Origin: Podarcis filfolensis
Taxonomy: Eukaryota
Direction: 5' to 3' (one strand)
Length of the DNA: 64,000 nucleotides
Assembly (NCBI GenBank): GCA_964270895.1
Contig: OZ185435.1
Shown here: piece by piece, positions 1 to 43,037 of the stretch
How the letters are laid out: each line of letters begins with the position of its first letter
Numbering within the stretch: the first letter of the stretch is position 1
Program-made: the position numbers and the translations under genes
The notes under the pieces: model-generated
Seen by the model: the letters and a program-made list of their open reading frames with translations, nothing else
Database searches by the model: none
Told to the model about the DNA's origin: nothing

Positions 1-1064
1 ATCTGGCATTTAATTAAATAAAATACCAACACAACACCACCCTCTACAGCACTGTGAAGGAAACAGTCCAGTTTGGGAAACAAGCTAAAGGAATTTGGAG
101 AAGCAGCAATTTTGGGAAAAAAATATGATTCCCATAATACTTGCTTAGTGAAGAATTATATAGTTTGAACCACTGAAAAAGCAACACCTATTTATGAAGA
201 ATTTGATGGAATTAGAGAAATCAGGTATTCATGAAGGAAGGAAAAGCCAAAGCTTCATTGCCTCCCATATAATCCTGATTAGGAATCAAAAGAGTGGTTA
301 TGGACTAAAAGGAACCAAAGGCTGAAGGCGGTCATTTCCCCTGGGAACTTCCTCCTTTAGTTTCCTGTAGGCAAGTGCACCCCAGCCCTTCTATCAAATG
401 GCACCTCAGAGGACAACCATGTGAAGCTACTTTTCAATAAGATCTGAGAGCAACTTTATCTTCTCCTATATGCACAACTATGTAATAAAACAAAGGGGCT
501 ATTGCTTCCCCAAATTCCTTGTCAATTTTGGAAACCAACCTATTCGCTTTGTGTTGCAGTTACCTATGGTGCATTCCGGGTGCTCCTATTACTCTCAGTG
601 CACCTCTCAATGCAGACAAGAATCATGGAATATATTATGTGCTTTCCGCTTTGTGTCTCAAGCTGTCTCACTGTATCAGTATGCCACGGCCAGTTTGTGA
701 GATGAGGATGAGTGGCTTGTATGTGCCTTCTCCTCTGACTGATGCAATTACCTTCAGCTCCTCCCTGTTCTAATAGTCCTAAAGTATTTTGAATTACAAG
801 GCTCAAAGCAAACAGGGAAGCCAAACTGTTTTGTATGTTGCTGTTTATAAATACACATTCCTTACAAGGAAGACAGCACCTACTCCTGCTTCACAATTCA
901 TAACTGTTCTAGAGTTCAGAATTCATCATTTTTTTTAAAAAAAAGTATATTTGTTCTTGACACTCAAACAGAGCTTTCAACATTAATCGCAACTGACCTG
1001 AGGAACTTGCCTATCCATTCACGACATTACCTGAGTGACACACTACTAAACATTCAATATTTTA

Positions 1065-29958
<28,894 letters not shown>

Positions 29959-31151
29959 GGTGCTTTAGTTTCTTGTAAATCAGTAATTCCTAGGTAGGAG
30001 GGGGAAAGTAAAATTAACAGTCACTGGTCATAGCTGCATTTGCAAAATACACACAAACCTCAATTTTTACTGTCAATACACTATCAATGCCACCATAAAA
30101 GGGTTATAGAAATTACAATGAAATGAGAAAATATATCATTAAGTAATTTGCTGTTCCTCTTTTGGCAAACACAAAAGCAGCAGGAATCTTCCTTCAGAAT
30201 TATATAGATGTAGCAATAATGTTCTGTAGTAAGGAACATAGTTAATCGGACTCTCATTCAGTCCCCTAAAGTGCTTTTAATATATTCTGAAACACACCCA
30301 ACTCTGTAAGATCATTCCAAGACATATGCAAGTTTACATGGTATAGTAGTATTTTAACATAAATGCCTTTCTCAGAGCTGATACAGAGTCAACTTCATCA
30401 GGTCAATAATGTATTTCTAAATGCCAAATTCAACTAATGATGCACAATACAGAGCAAGTTATTAAGCCACTAAATTAACTGCACTTTTAATCCCGACAAC
30501 CAGCATTTTCCAGACTGCAGAAGCACCTCTACCTTCCTACAGCCTGTTCTATTTCCTGTCTGCACCACTAAAGTCTTGTTATTCACTTGCTGATATGCAG
30601 TCCCACAACCCCGTCACCTCACTCAACACGGGTGCACCAACATGCCCTCATCCCATATTAACCCTAGAGTCAAGTGATTATTGCTGCACCATAACCAAAT
30701 GGACTACTATCAACTGGTGGAAATTTATCACAACAGCTCCTGGCAAGGGACAGCAAGTCTGTGGTGCCCCAAAGAATAGATTTAAAAAGCCTTTTTATGC
30801 AAGACTGTGAAAGAGAAACAGAATTTTAAGCAACTTCAAGTGATCTTACTGGTGTATTTTTTTCCCCTATTCCTGTGTATAGGAAAAAATACACAAGGAA
30901 ATCCAAATTCAGCAACTACTTTCAAACCACATTGGAACTGGAGGAGGCCCCAGGATAACTCCCAAAGACCGTTCAGCAGTGGAAAAACCTCTCATCTTCC
31001 AAAGAGAACATGCTTAACAAAAACACCACACACCTATTACCAGTTTAATCTAACTTCTGTGGCCAGGTTGAAAGGAGAGGTTAAGCTGGTAAAATAAGTC
31101 AACTATTTACACAGAATTACTTCACTGAAGCCACAGTAGGTTGAGACTGCC

Positions 31152-31294
31152 TTGTTGCTGTTTAGTCGTTTAGTCATGTCCAACTCTTCGTGACCCCATG
31201 GACCAGAGCACGCCAGGCACTCCTGTCTTCTACTGCCTCCCGCAGTTTGGTCAAACTCATGCTGGTAGCTTCGAGAGCACTATCCAACCATCTC
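31152..31294 (-). mobile_element. BovB (RTE) LINE 3'-end fragment
   Basis: Recognised BovB terminus pattern: gtttagtcgtttagtcatgtccaactcttcgtgaccccatggac... Confidence 0.7.
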
Positions 31295-34200
31295 CTAATA
31301 TTAATTATGGACAGGAAGCCGAGCACCACCCAATAATTTCAATACCTGTTCCAACACCTCCTACACATTCTGTATAACATCTGAACTAATGTATAAAATA
31401 TTAAATAATGCCGAAAACATTTCAAGGTTCTCCAGAATAGTTACAATGAGGTCATTTTTATTCTATTCTTCATGCAAAAGAAAGAGTTGGAATGTATTTG
31501 AAGGCTATCTAGTCCAACTAGTATGACTAAGATTTTCTTATATTAACAATACGGTACAGACACACTGGTAAGAGGACAAGTAAAGCCTAGAAGATTCAGG
31601 CAAGCCGAAATCTACTCAAGGAGGCAAAAATGTAACAGCATCACCAGCAAACTTGGGGAAACAGCATCTACTTTATTGATAGCATATACTGAATTAAAAG
31701 AAAAAAATTTCAACTTTGTATAATGTTACTTTTTTTATATATATAGAATAGCATTTGAGTTACCTCAAATGGGAACAAGTATCCATTTCCAACTATGAGG
31801 CAAATTCCCCAAAGCACTTCAGGATTGTGTATGCAGCAGTTTAAGAATCACAGGCATCCCAATTACTGGTTTTGCTACAAAAGTGTACTCCCACTGTCAG
31901 TTATTACAGAAGGGATTACAAGATAGTCATTGATATTCAGCATCTAATATATACAACCTTCACAGATCACAGAATTCTTTTATTTTCCCTTATCACATTT
32001 TTACTCCTCGTCCTTCTCTTGGTATAATTTTCTTATAAAACAAAATAAAAATTCAATAGTAGTATTTTATTGAAATAGTTAAAAACAATAACATTAATAC
32101 CAGTAGACCATAAGCACTGAAACTATAAGGCTCTTCGTGTCAGTTGTTAAATATTAAAGAATGCAGGTGTAATTCTCTTTCCAAACAGTCAAAAATAAAG
32201 GACAAGCTTCAGGCTCCTAATTTAATAAGTTATGTAGGACAATCCCTCACACTGGCAACTAAAACTATGGCAGAAAATGTTTACCAGGTCCCTAAAAATT
32301 GTATAAAGAACAAGTGCACATATGAGATTTCAACAGTGAACCAGGCACTAAAATGACATACAAAACAGGATAATGACTGTCAACGTTAACAATAATTTTA
32401 AAAGCATATAGCTTGTTTGCAATAAACTAGTCATTAATCCATTAATTTCAAAATGTGAGGTAGTTTCCTTACATGTCATGTAGAAAAGCTACTCGTCTCT
32501 TATACTTTACTATATTTAAATATAGTACATAAGATTTTAAGTGAAGCACTGCAGTAGCTGCAAAAAAATGAAGTTTTTTTAAAAACAGTAATTTGTGGTC
32601 CTTTGCTATTTCAACAATACAAACAATGCTTTTAAAGTAGTTTTCCCCCCACTACCAACCTGAGTATTTTTCTCGCCTGTTGGCCTTAGATGGAAGCAGT
32701 CAGCTCCCTTTAAGAGAAGAAAGCTAATGTTAATGTTCAAGTGCTCAAAAAGGATATGGTTGGTTAAATTGGGATGCCCTCTAGTGTTGTTCTGGTTTCC
32801 AATTCCTTTCTGGGGCACCTTGAACAGGTTTACCTGCTCTCACAACCACAGACTGTTTTCTGGCTCCCCTTGGAAAGACTCAAAATAGGTTAGGATGGTG
32901 CAAGACTCTTTTCCTTTGCACTCCCTGACCAAACTGCCTCTGGATGCTTCCCTGCATTTGCCATAGAAGCAGCTTATGTTGCAGCTGGGGTAGCGTCAAA
33001 ACCATGCAGTCAGCTGTCCCACATCACTTCTGTCCTGGTAATGTTTATCTCAAGCTGAGAAGATCGTGCTGCTACATAAACAGGCAGCATTTGCTCAGCA
33101 GATCCCAGACACCAGTAGGGGCAAATCACAGTCGTGCACCCACCCACCCAACAATCAACAAAGCATGAAGCAGGCATTTTATGAATCAGCTATTGCTACA
33201 ACACAATGAGCATACATGACATCTTAGAACTTCATAAGCGCCCCTACCCCCGCTTAAAATAGACAATGGCTCTATTAAAATGTCATGCATTCAATCTTCA
33301 GTGGCTTGGAAGTAATGCCTTGTTAATAGTCATAGGCCCCTTGATTTTGAAAAAGAAAACTGAGGTGAGAGAGGGGAGCAAATGAACCCACAGCACATGA
33401 ACGGAGATATGAACAGAGCCAGCGAGGAAGACAGAAGAAAAGGAGGGAGAACCAAAGGTAGCTCAGGATAGATGTGTTTAATTGCAGTACACACTGTGAT
33501 CGCTACTTTTGAACTGATACTTGGATCACTGCCACTGTTGTCATTACTCCATAAGTTACTATTGTTTTGCTGCCACCAAGGAAAAGCTTTGCTCAAGATC
33601 TCACTTAGAAGCAAAACCTCTGATTAATTTTTAATAAAACTTTCCTTTCCAATTCTATTTGCAAAACTTCACCTGTAGCTACCCAATGCTTAAAAGATGA
33701 AGCAACTGAAGATCAAATCTGTTCATTCAGCTTGCCCTCCTTTTTTTTGCTTTTTATGGGGAACTCACATCTAATTTTGTAATTATTCTATGACATTAGC
33801 TAGGCAGAGGAATTGTAATTTGTTCTGGACCACCTAGCAAGTATGGTGAGCCAAGAGTTTATTATCCAGTGCATTCTACTGTTTAACATTGTGATGGACC
33901 TCCACCATCACCCACAGCAAGACTCAGCACAAAGATTCACCTATCAAACAACAACACAACCAAGCCATCACAAAATGTTACTTTTCACAGAAGCTGCTTT
34001 GAGGACACAAATGATAAAAGCTTTCTAATATCAGAATTGTACAGAATTGATTATTTGTGTTTTAAATACACAATGTGACTTTGAAGTATCTAATTGCAAT
34101 CCTACATACAGCTATTCCAGAGTACACCACACTGAAACACGTAAGATTTATTTCAAAGAAAACATCTTCAGACTGAGCTAAAGATATCAGATTGAGCTAA

Positions 34201-34354
34201 ATAATCCAGCACCTTTATGCCTTCTCAATTTCAACAGGATTAACAGACATGCTTAACTTTTTCCTACTTTCAGACAATGGGGACTTAAAAGTGCTTAAAT
34301 TTGACTGCATCATTTGAAATATTTTACAGTATAGCAGTTGCTGTTTCAAATATA

Positions 34355-34518
34355 AAACAACAACAATAATAATTTTTATTATTTATTATTTATAACCCGC
34401 CCATGTGGCTGGGTTTCCCCAGCTACTCTGGGCAGCTTCCAACAAAAGATTAAAATACAATAATTCATCAAATATTAAAAATTTCCCTAAACAGGGCTGC
34501 CTTCAGATGTCTTCTAAA
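34355..34518 (-). mobile_element. L2 3'-end fragment (shorter tails at about 27575-27630 and 20125-20192)
   Basis: Reverse complement of the 15520-15650 L2 terminus (cccgcccatctggctgggtttccccag). Confidence 0.8.
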
Positions 34519-35252
34519 AGAAAACAGCCAATCAAAAAAAAACTGGGGAGAACAAATGAATTGAGCACTCCAACAAAGTAATCATATGTTTTCAGAAGCC
34601 AGAAACACAGTGCTTGATTAGGGTTACTCTCAGAATTTAATAAATGGTAGGATTTTGATGATTTGGGTGTGTGAAGGGAGAAATACAATCTGCAGATCAA
34701 TTCCTGGACTAGCGTATGCTAAACAACCTGGCCAAGCTAGGGCCTTTAAGAAACAATAGAGAGTCATTGAGGAATTGTCCTTTCCCCCCACCCCAGGTGA
34801 ACAGGGGATTTGGAAGGTTGCCAGCAAAACAATGTTAGAGGTGACAGGAAAAGGGAGTCTGGTAGTAAGGGGTTCTGGGAAGGAGGATGAAGAAGGGTTG
34901 GGAGCCTTTTTTGGACAGGCTGCTTGAGAAAATTACTGGGAGAGATGACTTGGACTCCAGAGCTGCAATGCTGTGGGGTACAAGCCCCTCTTGAAATGAC
35001 CATGCTGTAAGATCTGGACTCCCTCAATGCAGATTGAAGGTGTAAATGAATGAATAACCCATATTTCTTAAAGCTACAACAGTCTCTGCTGTGTCTCAAT
35101 CCCCATGGGCTTTTGCCACCACCCAGCAGAGAGTGGGAGGCACCCAGCTTTGTAACAGTCTTAATAAAATTGAAGCATGGGGTAGTGAGACTTACTTCTG
35201 GGTAAACATTATAGAATTCTGCTATAACTCTAGGAACTGCTTGTTGTTAAAT

Positions 35253-35596
35253 GTAAAGGTGAAGGGACCCCTGACCATTAGGTCCAGTCGTGGCCGACTC
35301 TGGGGTTGCGGCGCTCATCTTGCTTTATTGGCCAAGGGATTCGGCGTACAGCTTCCAGGTCATGTGGCCAGCATGACTAAGCCGCTTCTGGCAAACCAGA
35401 GCAGCGCACGGAAACGCCGTTTACCTTCCCGCTGGAGTGGTAACTATTTATCTACTTGCACGTTGACGTGCTTTTGAACTGCTAGGTTGGCAGGAGCAGG
35501 GACCGAGCAACGGGAGCTCACCCTGTTGCGGGGATTCGAACCGCCGACCTTCTGATAGGCAAGTCCTAGGCTCTGTGGTTTAACCCACAGCGCCAC
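35253..35596 (-). mobile_element. Sauria-type SINE, second copy
   Basis: Reverse complement of the 28695-29063 element; perfect B box GGTTCGAATCC. Confidence 0.87.
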
Positions 35597-36929
35597 AAGC
35601 CTTTTAAAATATTGTTTGGTACCATTTTCAAAAACTTGTACTGTAATCCCCAAAAAATAATTCCTCAAATTTTGTACCAAATTGGGATACAATACGTCCC
35701 TGGAAGTCTTTTTTATGAAGAGGAGCGCAAGAAAAGAACACTCCCACCACTTGCAGAAGCAAGGCAAGTTGTTTACACAACAAGAGAGCAAACAGAGAAT
35801 CCTTATGCTGAGACAGGACCACTTGCCTCTATTCACTGCCACTCTGCTTACTGAGTTTTTCCACAACTTATTTTAAATCACATTTCCTTTCAAATAAGAG
35901 TTGTTCTACCTGACTGCATCTGCATTCAGGAGCTGTTACATGGAAATATTCTAGGTAGGCTCTATGACTAAGTCCTGGAAACAGGGTGGGGAACCCATGG
36001 TCCTTCAGATGGTGTTCAACAATGCTACCTATCATCCACAACCATTTACAATGCTAGCTGGAAGTCCCATTTGTTCCCCAACCCTGTTCTAGTGAAACTA
36101 ATATAGGTTCTCCACTAGTACCTCTTATTTTCTAAAATCTAATTAATGCTGTAGAGCCCTGCATCTTGCCCTAGTATTTACATGCATGTGTGAATGTCAC
36201 TGACATGGAGGCAAGATAACACTTTTTTTTATTCATGAAATCATTTTTTTAATTAAAAAAATGCTGTGCAAAGCACCACAGATACAAAAGCTTAAAATAA
36301 GTTTGCCTAGGCTGTGGTCTTCCAGATGTTGGATTCCAGTTAACATGACCAGTCAGGGATGATTAAGATATTTATACCCCACTTTTTACTATGTATCTCA
36401 CAGCTGTTTACAGGAAAGAGCAAAACACACAACAGACTGAATTTAACGCTTAAGTTACAACATCAGAACGCAGAAAACATTAGAACAAGTTCATAACACA
36501 AGGACTTCCTGAAAAACCTTTTAAACCAGGGATCTCAAACAGGGATAGTGCCTGCTTGATTTCTAGCGGGAGTTGTAGTCCAACATCTGGAGAGTCAAAA
36601 ATTAAGCATCCCTGGTTTAAATTTCGAAGAATGAAAATTCCTACGAAGCATAAAAAGCAAGCACCCTGAAATAGGGCCAGCGTTGTTGTTGTTGTGAACA
36701 TTCACAGAGTAGACCTTCATAACATAACACCTCCGTTCAAATGCTCAAGCGCTCGATGTTGGGGATTCCTGACACAGGCCTTCTTCATTCAATACAATCT
36801 CGCGCCCATGCCACCCCACCTCACCCCAGTGTCTTCCAAGCACATACAGGGGATTCTCAAAAGATGATCCGAATCCCTTCCCTGTCAAGGATCCCCTTTC
36901 TGCCCCAGATCACATTGCCGGTCTAGACC

Positions 36930-37820
36930 TACAACGCACGTCCCCTTCCCCTGGGACAGGAATTGCCGAAGGCTCCCCAGACACCGTTTCCCGCTCTATG
37001 CCCAGCAGGGCCACATTTCCCCAGTTACTGCAGCTCGGAGCCAGTCGACATCTACAACCACCAGCACAACAAATCGGCCGACGCCGCTCGCCAGCCGGAC
37101 CGACCGACCGACCGACCGAGAGACGCTGCTCGGTACAACTTGGCCACCCAATGCAGCGGGGCAGCAGGCCGCTCCCCCGGCATTGTTTATGACAGTCGCC
37201 CGCCCCGGCTGGCCTTCACCCTGGGGATTTAGGCCTCGCCACCAGTGCCGCCGCCCTACCTTGCAGCGGGCGCCGGACAACGTCGCCTTCCCCCAGGCCG
37301 GACTAGGCCGGACTCTCGCTTGCCCAGCAACCGCGGCCCAGCTTAGCAGCAGGAGCGGGCGGAGAGCTGCATCTTCGACCGGCAGAGAAGGAGGCGCCTC
37401 CCCCAAGGGCGGGGCGCGTCGCAGCCGGCGACACCAACCTCCGCCTCCCGCCGCACCTGAGCGAAGGGCCTTCCCCGGGCCATGTGACAAACAAAGGCAG
37501 GGATCCCCGCCCTGGACGGACCATGCGCGCACTCCGCCCCTTCGCTGTCCCCCACCCCTGATCAGAGAGGCAGAGCGCTTCTACGGAGGCTTCCGCGCCG
37601 CCGAGGGTCTCCACCCTAACCAGTTCGCAAGCCTTTTTGATTCCCTTTCTGTCGCAAACGGGTTCTCACGCTGAACAAGAGGCCTGGCCAGGAAGGCCAT
37701 TCGTCCACTTATGGCCAGACTAGCTAGAGCTAGGTGGGTCGTGCTCCTGAAGAGGCTTCCGTGTATCTTCAGTCTTGCTGATCCCGCGGGGCTAGGAGCC
37801 CGACGGTATGTACAGGGTTG
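36930..37820. promoter_or_regulatory. Second CpG island with GC boxes; candidate proximal CKAP5 promoter and first exon (about 37260-37440, minus strand)
   Basis: Dense CpG; Sp1-type GGGCGGGGC near 37407 and CCCCGCCC near 37504; minus-strand donor AAG|GTAGGG at 37260/37259. Confidence 0.7.
37098..37117. repeat. (GACC)5 CpG-containing tetranucleotide repeat
   Basis: Read directly; lies inside the CpG island. Confidence 0.9.
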
Positions 37821-38727
37821 TGCTTATGTGTGATTTCTGTACTAGGGACCGTAAATTGAACCTGTTAAAAATAGTGGTCCGAAACAGAATCCGCAAGCAT
37901 ACTTTTAATTGCGAAAAGAACTACTCTGCCTCCAACTGCTTTCGAATAAACATTTTTTGTAACATTGAGCTGGTAAGCCAGAATAAGTGGCCTTTGAAAA
38001 ACGTCCAGAGACCCATCTCCCTAAGAAGAACCAACTACAACGTCTTGCCTTATAGAACCTGTTCAAAGTGCAACAACTTTCCTCAAATTTACAATTCTGT
38101 TCAGGAGACACCTTTAACTGCTCAGCGTTCTGTAGCACTACTCAATGCTTTGTTAGAATCACGTGTTTAATATAAGCATCAAAGCTTGGTTTTCCTGCCT
38201 TCTTACAATCACCTAACCTCAAAGGAACATAATGAAAGGTGCACACAAACACATCAGTATGCTGAAATGCTTTCCACCTACAATAGTAAAATGAAGCTCA
38301 TAATCCTAATACCAGTCAAGGATAAATACTGCAACAACCACTTAATTTGCATTTGCCATTTCACAGCTTTAATAGACAGTACTACAGAAATCAGCAACTA
38401 GGTCATTGTCAGAGAAATTAGGTAAGCTCTACCCTTTATGGCTGCAAATGTCTGCAATACCCTACAGCAAGGGGAAAGCACCTCAAACAAGATTTAATTG
38501 TTTTTTAAATACAAGTCGAGAAAAATAGGAACATCCTTAGCATGTTTCCATGCTTCTGAAATGCATTCAAGTTCTGTGTAACCATAATTCCCCTTTTAAC
38601 AAGAACTTACCAGGTGGAAACAAAGTTAATAAACAACATCCACAAAGTCGAAGGAAACAGCATTTACCACTGCAAAAACAATTACTGTAGTTTTCATTCA
38701 TTCTGCTGGAATTCTCTGTGTATGACT

Positions 38728-38838
38728 GTCAAACCTGAGAGACCAGGGTTCAAATCCCCACTAAACCATGAAGCTCTCTGGGCAACATTGGGCCTGTGTC
38801 ATATACCTCGCAGGGTTGTTGAGAAGATAAAAAGAGGG
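38728..38838 (+). mobile_element. Degenerate CORE/MIR-like SINE
   Basis: gaccagggttcaaatccccact...catgaagctc...cagggttgttgagaagataaaa. Confidence 0.55.
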
Positions 38839-38944
38839 TGAATCATGCACACTGCCTTGAGTTCGTAAGTGAAAATGCTTGTAGTAAATAAATACATACA
38901 TAAAGCTGGTAATAGTTTTTTTGGGGGGGAGTGTCTATTAGTGA

Positions 38945-40012
38945 TTGTCATTAACACTGCATAATCTTCGCTGCATTAAGCAGTTGGTCCCTTACCTCTC
39001 CCGCCCCGATCTGGCCACAGTGATCCACGCAACAGTCACCTCCAGGCTTGACTACTGTAATTCGCTCTATGCGGGGCTGCCCTTGAAACTGTCCCAGAAA
39101 CTCCAGCGGGTGCAGAATGCTGCAGCGAGGCTCCTCATGGGGTCCCTGCCATGGGAGCATATTCACCCAGTGCTTTACCAGCTGCACTTGCTCCCGATGG
39201 AGTATAGGGTCAGGTTCAAGGTGCTGGGTTTGACCTTTAAAGCCTTTTGTGGCTTAGGGCCCTTGTATTTATGGGACCACCTCTCCTGGTATGCCCCGCA
39301 GAGGACCTTAAGGTCCATGAATAACCATAGTGTAGAAGTCCCAGGCCCTAAGGAAGTCAGACTATCCTCCACCAGGGCCAGGGCCTTTTCTTTGATGGCT
39401 CCAACCTGGTGGAATGCTCTGTCCCATGACACTAGGGCCCTACAGGATTTAATCTCCTTCCGCCGGGCCTGTAAACAGAGCTATTCCGCCTGGCCTTTAA
39501 TTTGAACTCAGCCTGATCTTTTATTTCCCTTCTCTTCCCCCCTCTCCCCTTTTTATGAAGATTACCCTTTCTGGGACCCCACAGCTAATTCTCCCCTGGC
39601 CTCCTCGCTGGCCCAAGTACAGTAGTACCTTGGATTAAGAATTTAATTCGTTCCGGAGGTCCGTTCTTAACCTGAAACTGTTCTTAACCTGAGGTACCAA
39701 TTTAGCTAATGGGGCCTCCCGCTGCGGAGTCTGTAACCTGAAGCGTCTGTAACCCAAGGTACCACTGTAGGTCTAATTTAGCCAGCTAGCCCAGGTGACT
39801 ATCCAATGTTTATTGGATGGATTTCCCTCAAATTGATTTTTGAACTTTGGATTTTATTGTTATTCATGCTTTTATATTGTATTTTATGCTGCTTTTATGT
39901 TGTATTGCAATTAAGTGTTTTAAATTTGTTGCTAGTCACCCTGAGCCCGGGTTTCTGAACTGGGAAGAGCAGGGTATAAATAAAAACTTTTTATTATTAT
40001 TATTAAATCATT
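38945..40012 (+). mobile_element. 5'-truncated L2-clade LINE, second subfamily, interrupted by a MITE
   Basis: 186-aa frame with SRLDYCNSLYAGLP and RVRFKVL motifs; 3' UTR ending in aataaa and (tta)n. Confidence 0.88.
39620..39767. mobile_element. Shorter, oppositely oriented copy of the same Tigger-like MITE, nested in an L2 3' UTR
   Basis: TIRs CAGTAGTACC... / ...GGTACCACTG; TA TSD; its first ~95 bp are the reverse complement of 11150-11246. Confidence 0.88.
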
Positions 40013-43000
40013 ACACTATGAGCAAGAAATTTCACATATACCAACACAATATTCTTAAACAGAAATAATTCCTTTGACATTTGTGCATGGTACGATACAA
40101 AACAATAATGATTAAAATGATGAAGCCCAACCCTGCAAAACCATAAACAGAATAGAGCATGACGTAATTATAGTCTGCAGAATAATATTCCAGTACATAT
40201 TCACATTTTTGCTTCATCCAGGAAAAAAATGTTTTCACTATATTTGCAACCAAATTCAGATGAAACATTTTCAGACAGTAATTGGTAACCTACTTGTAAG
40301 CACTAGAAGTGTAACACAGTATCTGTATTCAGAGATTAAAAGGAAATGCCTCAGGTCCAGACCCATAAAGCTATTAAAGATTCTCAGTTCATTATCCTAA
40401 ATGATGAAAGAGGTACCCACCAGTAGATTGCAGGAGACTTGAAGAAATGTTATTACTAGACCATAAAGCTGCTGCTGTTAGAAACAATGGAGTCTCTAAG
40501 TGTGCAGTAGCAATAGTGGGTAAAAATGTCAAAGTAAGACATTTTGAAGTTGTAACATGTTCTAGAGAGTGTTAAAAGAACAAGCATGTTCTGAAATAGA
40601 AGATCCATTATGTTCTATGGACTTTCCAAGTTCTGGAATAAAGTGCACTTAGCAACCATGATGAAAGCTACTTTCATAACAGGGCAGGTGCCTAGGGAAA
40701 GGGTCAGCGCAGATATAACATTTTAATAGCTTAGCCTCTTTATAAGTAGTTACCAATATTGCAGAGCCAAATTATCTCCAATATAAAAATGTCAGTATAA
40801 AATATGTAAGTGCACAGATGCCTAGGATTAATCCAATCCTCCTTGGGACATAGATGCTGGCATTTAAACATACCTCTCCTTCTACAAAAGGAATATTGCC
40901 TTCCCCAGTCAAGAGAGAAGTCAAATGAAGATATACTGTATAAACAAGTAATACTTCCAGGTATCTTAAACTGAAGGACCTCAAGGTCTTAATTATTAAA
41001 ATTTTTATTAGGGGAGGGGATCAGGGTCAGCTTTCCAGAGGCATCAGGAAGGGGGGTATTGGACTATAGTACATGGATCTTTGCATATGATCCAGCAAGA
41101 CTTTTTGAATGGGGTACCTCTTGGGTCTGTGATTATATGCAAGTATTATTGCCCACAATAAGCATTAATGTGCATCTCACTTTGTAGAAGGCACTAACAA
41201 TGCCCATCCAACCACTCATACCTATAGGTATATAAACATTCTAAGCATAGCAACCCTAGCAAATGGCTTGGATGTAAGGCCCACTGGAGGAAAAATCCTT
41301 CACAGAATAGTTCCTAAGTGTCTCTACTACACTAGAACCAGCTCCAGGTTTGACAGGCCCATGCCAACTTGCTGTCTTGGTGGACCCCTGTCCTCACCAT
41401 AAGGCTCACTGTCTTTTTCACCCTCTTGCGTTGGAGGGTAGGGAATGGAGGTTGTTCCTTGTTTGCCACTTCTATCACCAATAGCTCACCTGAACAAACT
41501 GACAGCAACAACATTCAACGACTGCCAAGAAAGGAAAGGCTGTTGGTACCGCGGACTATCAATGCTGCTCATTAGTGCACCAGAGCAAGTGAACACCAAT
41601 GGTTTCTGGGAACGGCAACTGCTGATGTGAGCTCCTCTGCCCACTTCTCCCTAAAAGCAGCTACTGACAATCATCACTGGTTCACAGTGGTGACAGCTGC
41701 CCTAGCATTCATCACTGCTCCGTATGTCATGGGTGAGCAAAGAGCCATCAGGGGTTCCTCTGCTTCTCTGGGAAGCCCCTACCCAGGGCTAGATTCTTCT
41801 GGCAACTGCCACGGTCTCAGGAGAGCCCACTACCAACCACAACCTGTCTGTAGAAGTATCCATCACAGCAGCATGATTGGGTCCTCCTGAAGGTATTAAA
41901 GTTCTACTCCTCTTCCCCTCTAGATTAGGTGCATGTAACGTTGTGAACACCAATGCTTGTTATAGCCTCTCTTCATCCCTCAGCGAAGCAGATAGGAACT
42001 TCTAGTGTCTGTCAACTCACACATGCAGCAAGCAAGCAGCACCGGTGGAAAGGGAGAGGACAGACAAGCAGGTCCTGTTTCTTTCTAGTCACCAGTGTCA
42101 CTCACCCTACCGGGCAAGTGAGCTAGCAGCAATAGCATCACAGAGTGGTATGGTGTCTACAGTTGCTCACTCAACTGCCTTCTCCCCTTCACTAGAAGAG
42201 CAGTGGTGGAGCATCTGCTTTGCCTGCAGAAAGTCCTAGGTAGAGACACCTGCCTGAACCCCTATAAAGTTGCTCCCAATCAGGGCGAACAAGATTAAGC
42301 TAGATGAACCAGTGACCTGACTGGAGCCTTTTGTATATTCATAGTAGCGACTGGTACTACCTGCTTGCTCAAGTGGGCAACTGGCAGTAAGCAAAATTCT
42401 ACCCCCTGCCCCGTGCTTAACCTTTGACCAGGGATGGGAGGGGAGAGGCAAGTGAGTGAGTTTGCCTAGGGAAGCATGGGGCTTCCACCGGACAGCAAGT
42501 TGCTGAGCCTCCCCCCCCCCCAAACCTGCAGCCCTCAGCAGCGCATGCCCACACGCAGTTAGAGATGACTCGAGCGGGAAGCCCTATTCCGCTGTGCACC
42601 TCAGAGAGAGTGCAGAGAGCGCGGGCTCGTTTTACAGGCGATGCCGAGATCGGTGGAGGGCCTTCCGTAGCTGCTGCTATTATTACTTAATAAATTTGTA
42701 TGCCGCCCTTCATCGGTAGATCTCGGCGAGGTTCACAACATAAAAAACACAAGATAAAAAACACACACAAAATGCTTAACAAAAACCAAGAACAAACGCA
42801 AACCACTAACCCTCCCTCCCCTCAAGAGCAGCGGGGTGGGGATGGAGCTGTGTTGTGGAGCCCATCCTCAGGAACAGCAACTAAAGGACCAGAATGGCAG
42901 TAAGGACGAGGCGGAGCCCGGCCGCCTCAGAGCAACGGCCTTTCTCGGAGCTCCGCGCCCCGGCCGTCCTCGCCCAAGCCCCGCTTTCCATGCCCCTGCT

Positions 43001-43037
43001 GAAGCCCCCCCCTCTCATGCAGGCAGCGGATACTCAC

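Noticed and set aside
32456-32464. TGAGGTAGT, the let-7 5' sequence (a let-7 target site on the CKAP5 strand), near an AATAAA at about 32066
   Set aside because: No pre-miRNA hairpin or full mature match. The site is intronic, with no evidence of a transcript ending here.
36963-37674. Long overlapping ORFs (up to 178 aa) in the CpG island; similar ones at 42836-43454
   Set aside because: Low-complexity Arg/Pro/Ala/Gly frames are expected from high GC and stop-codon scarcity; no domain similarity.
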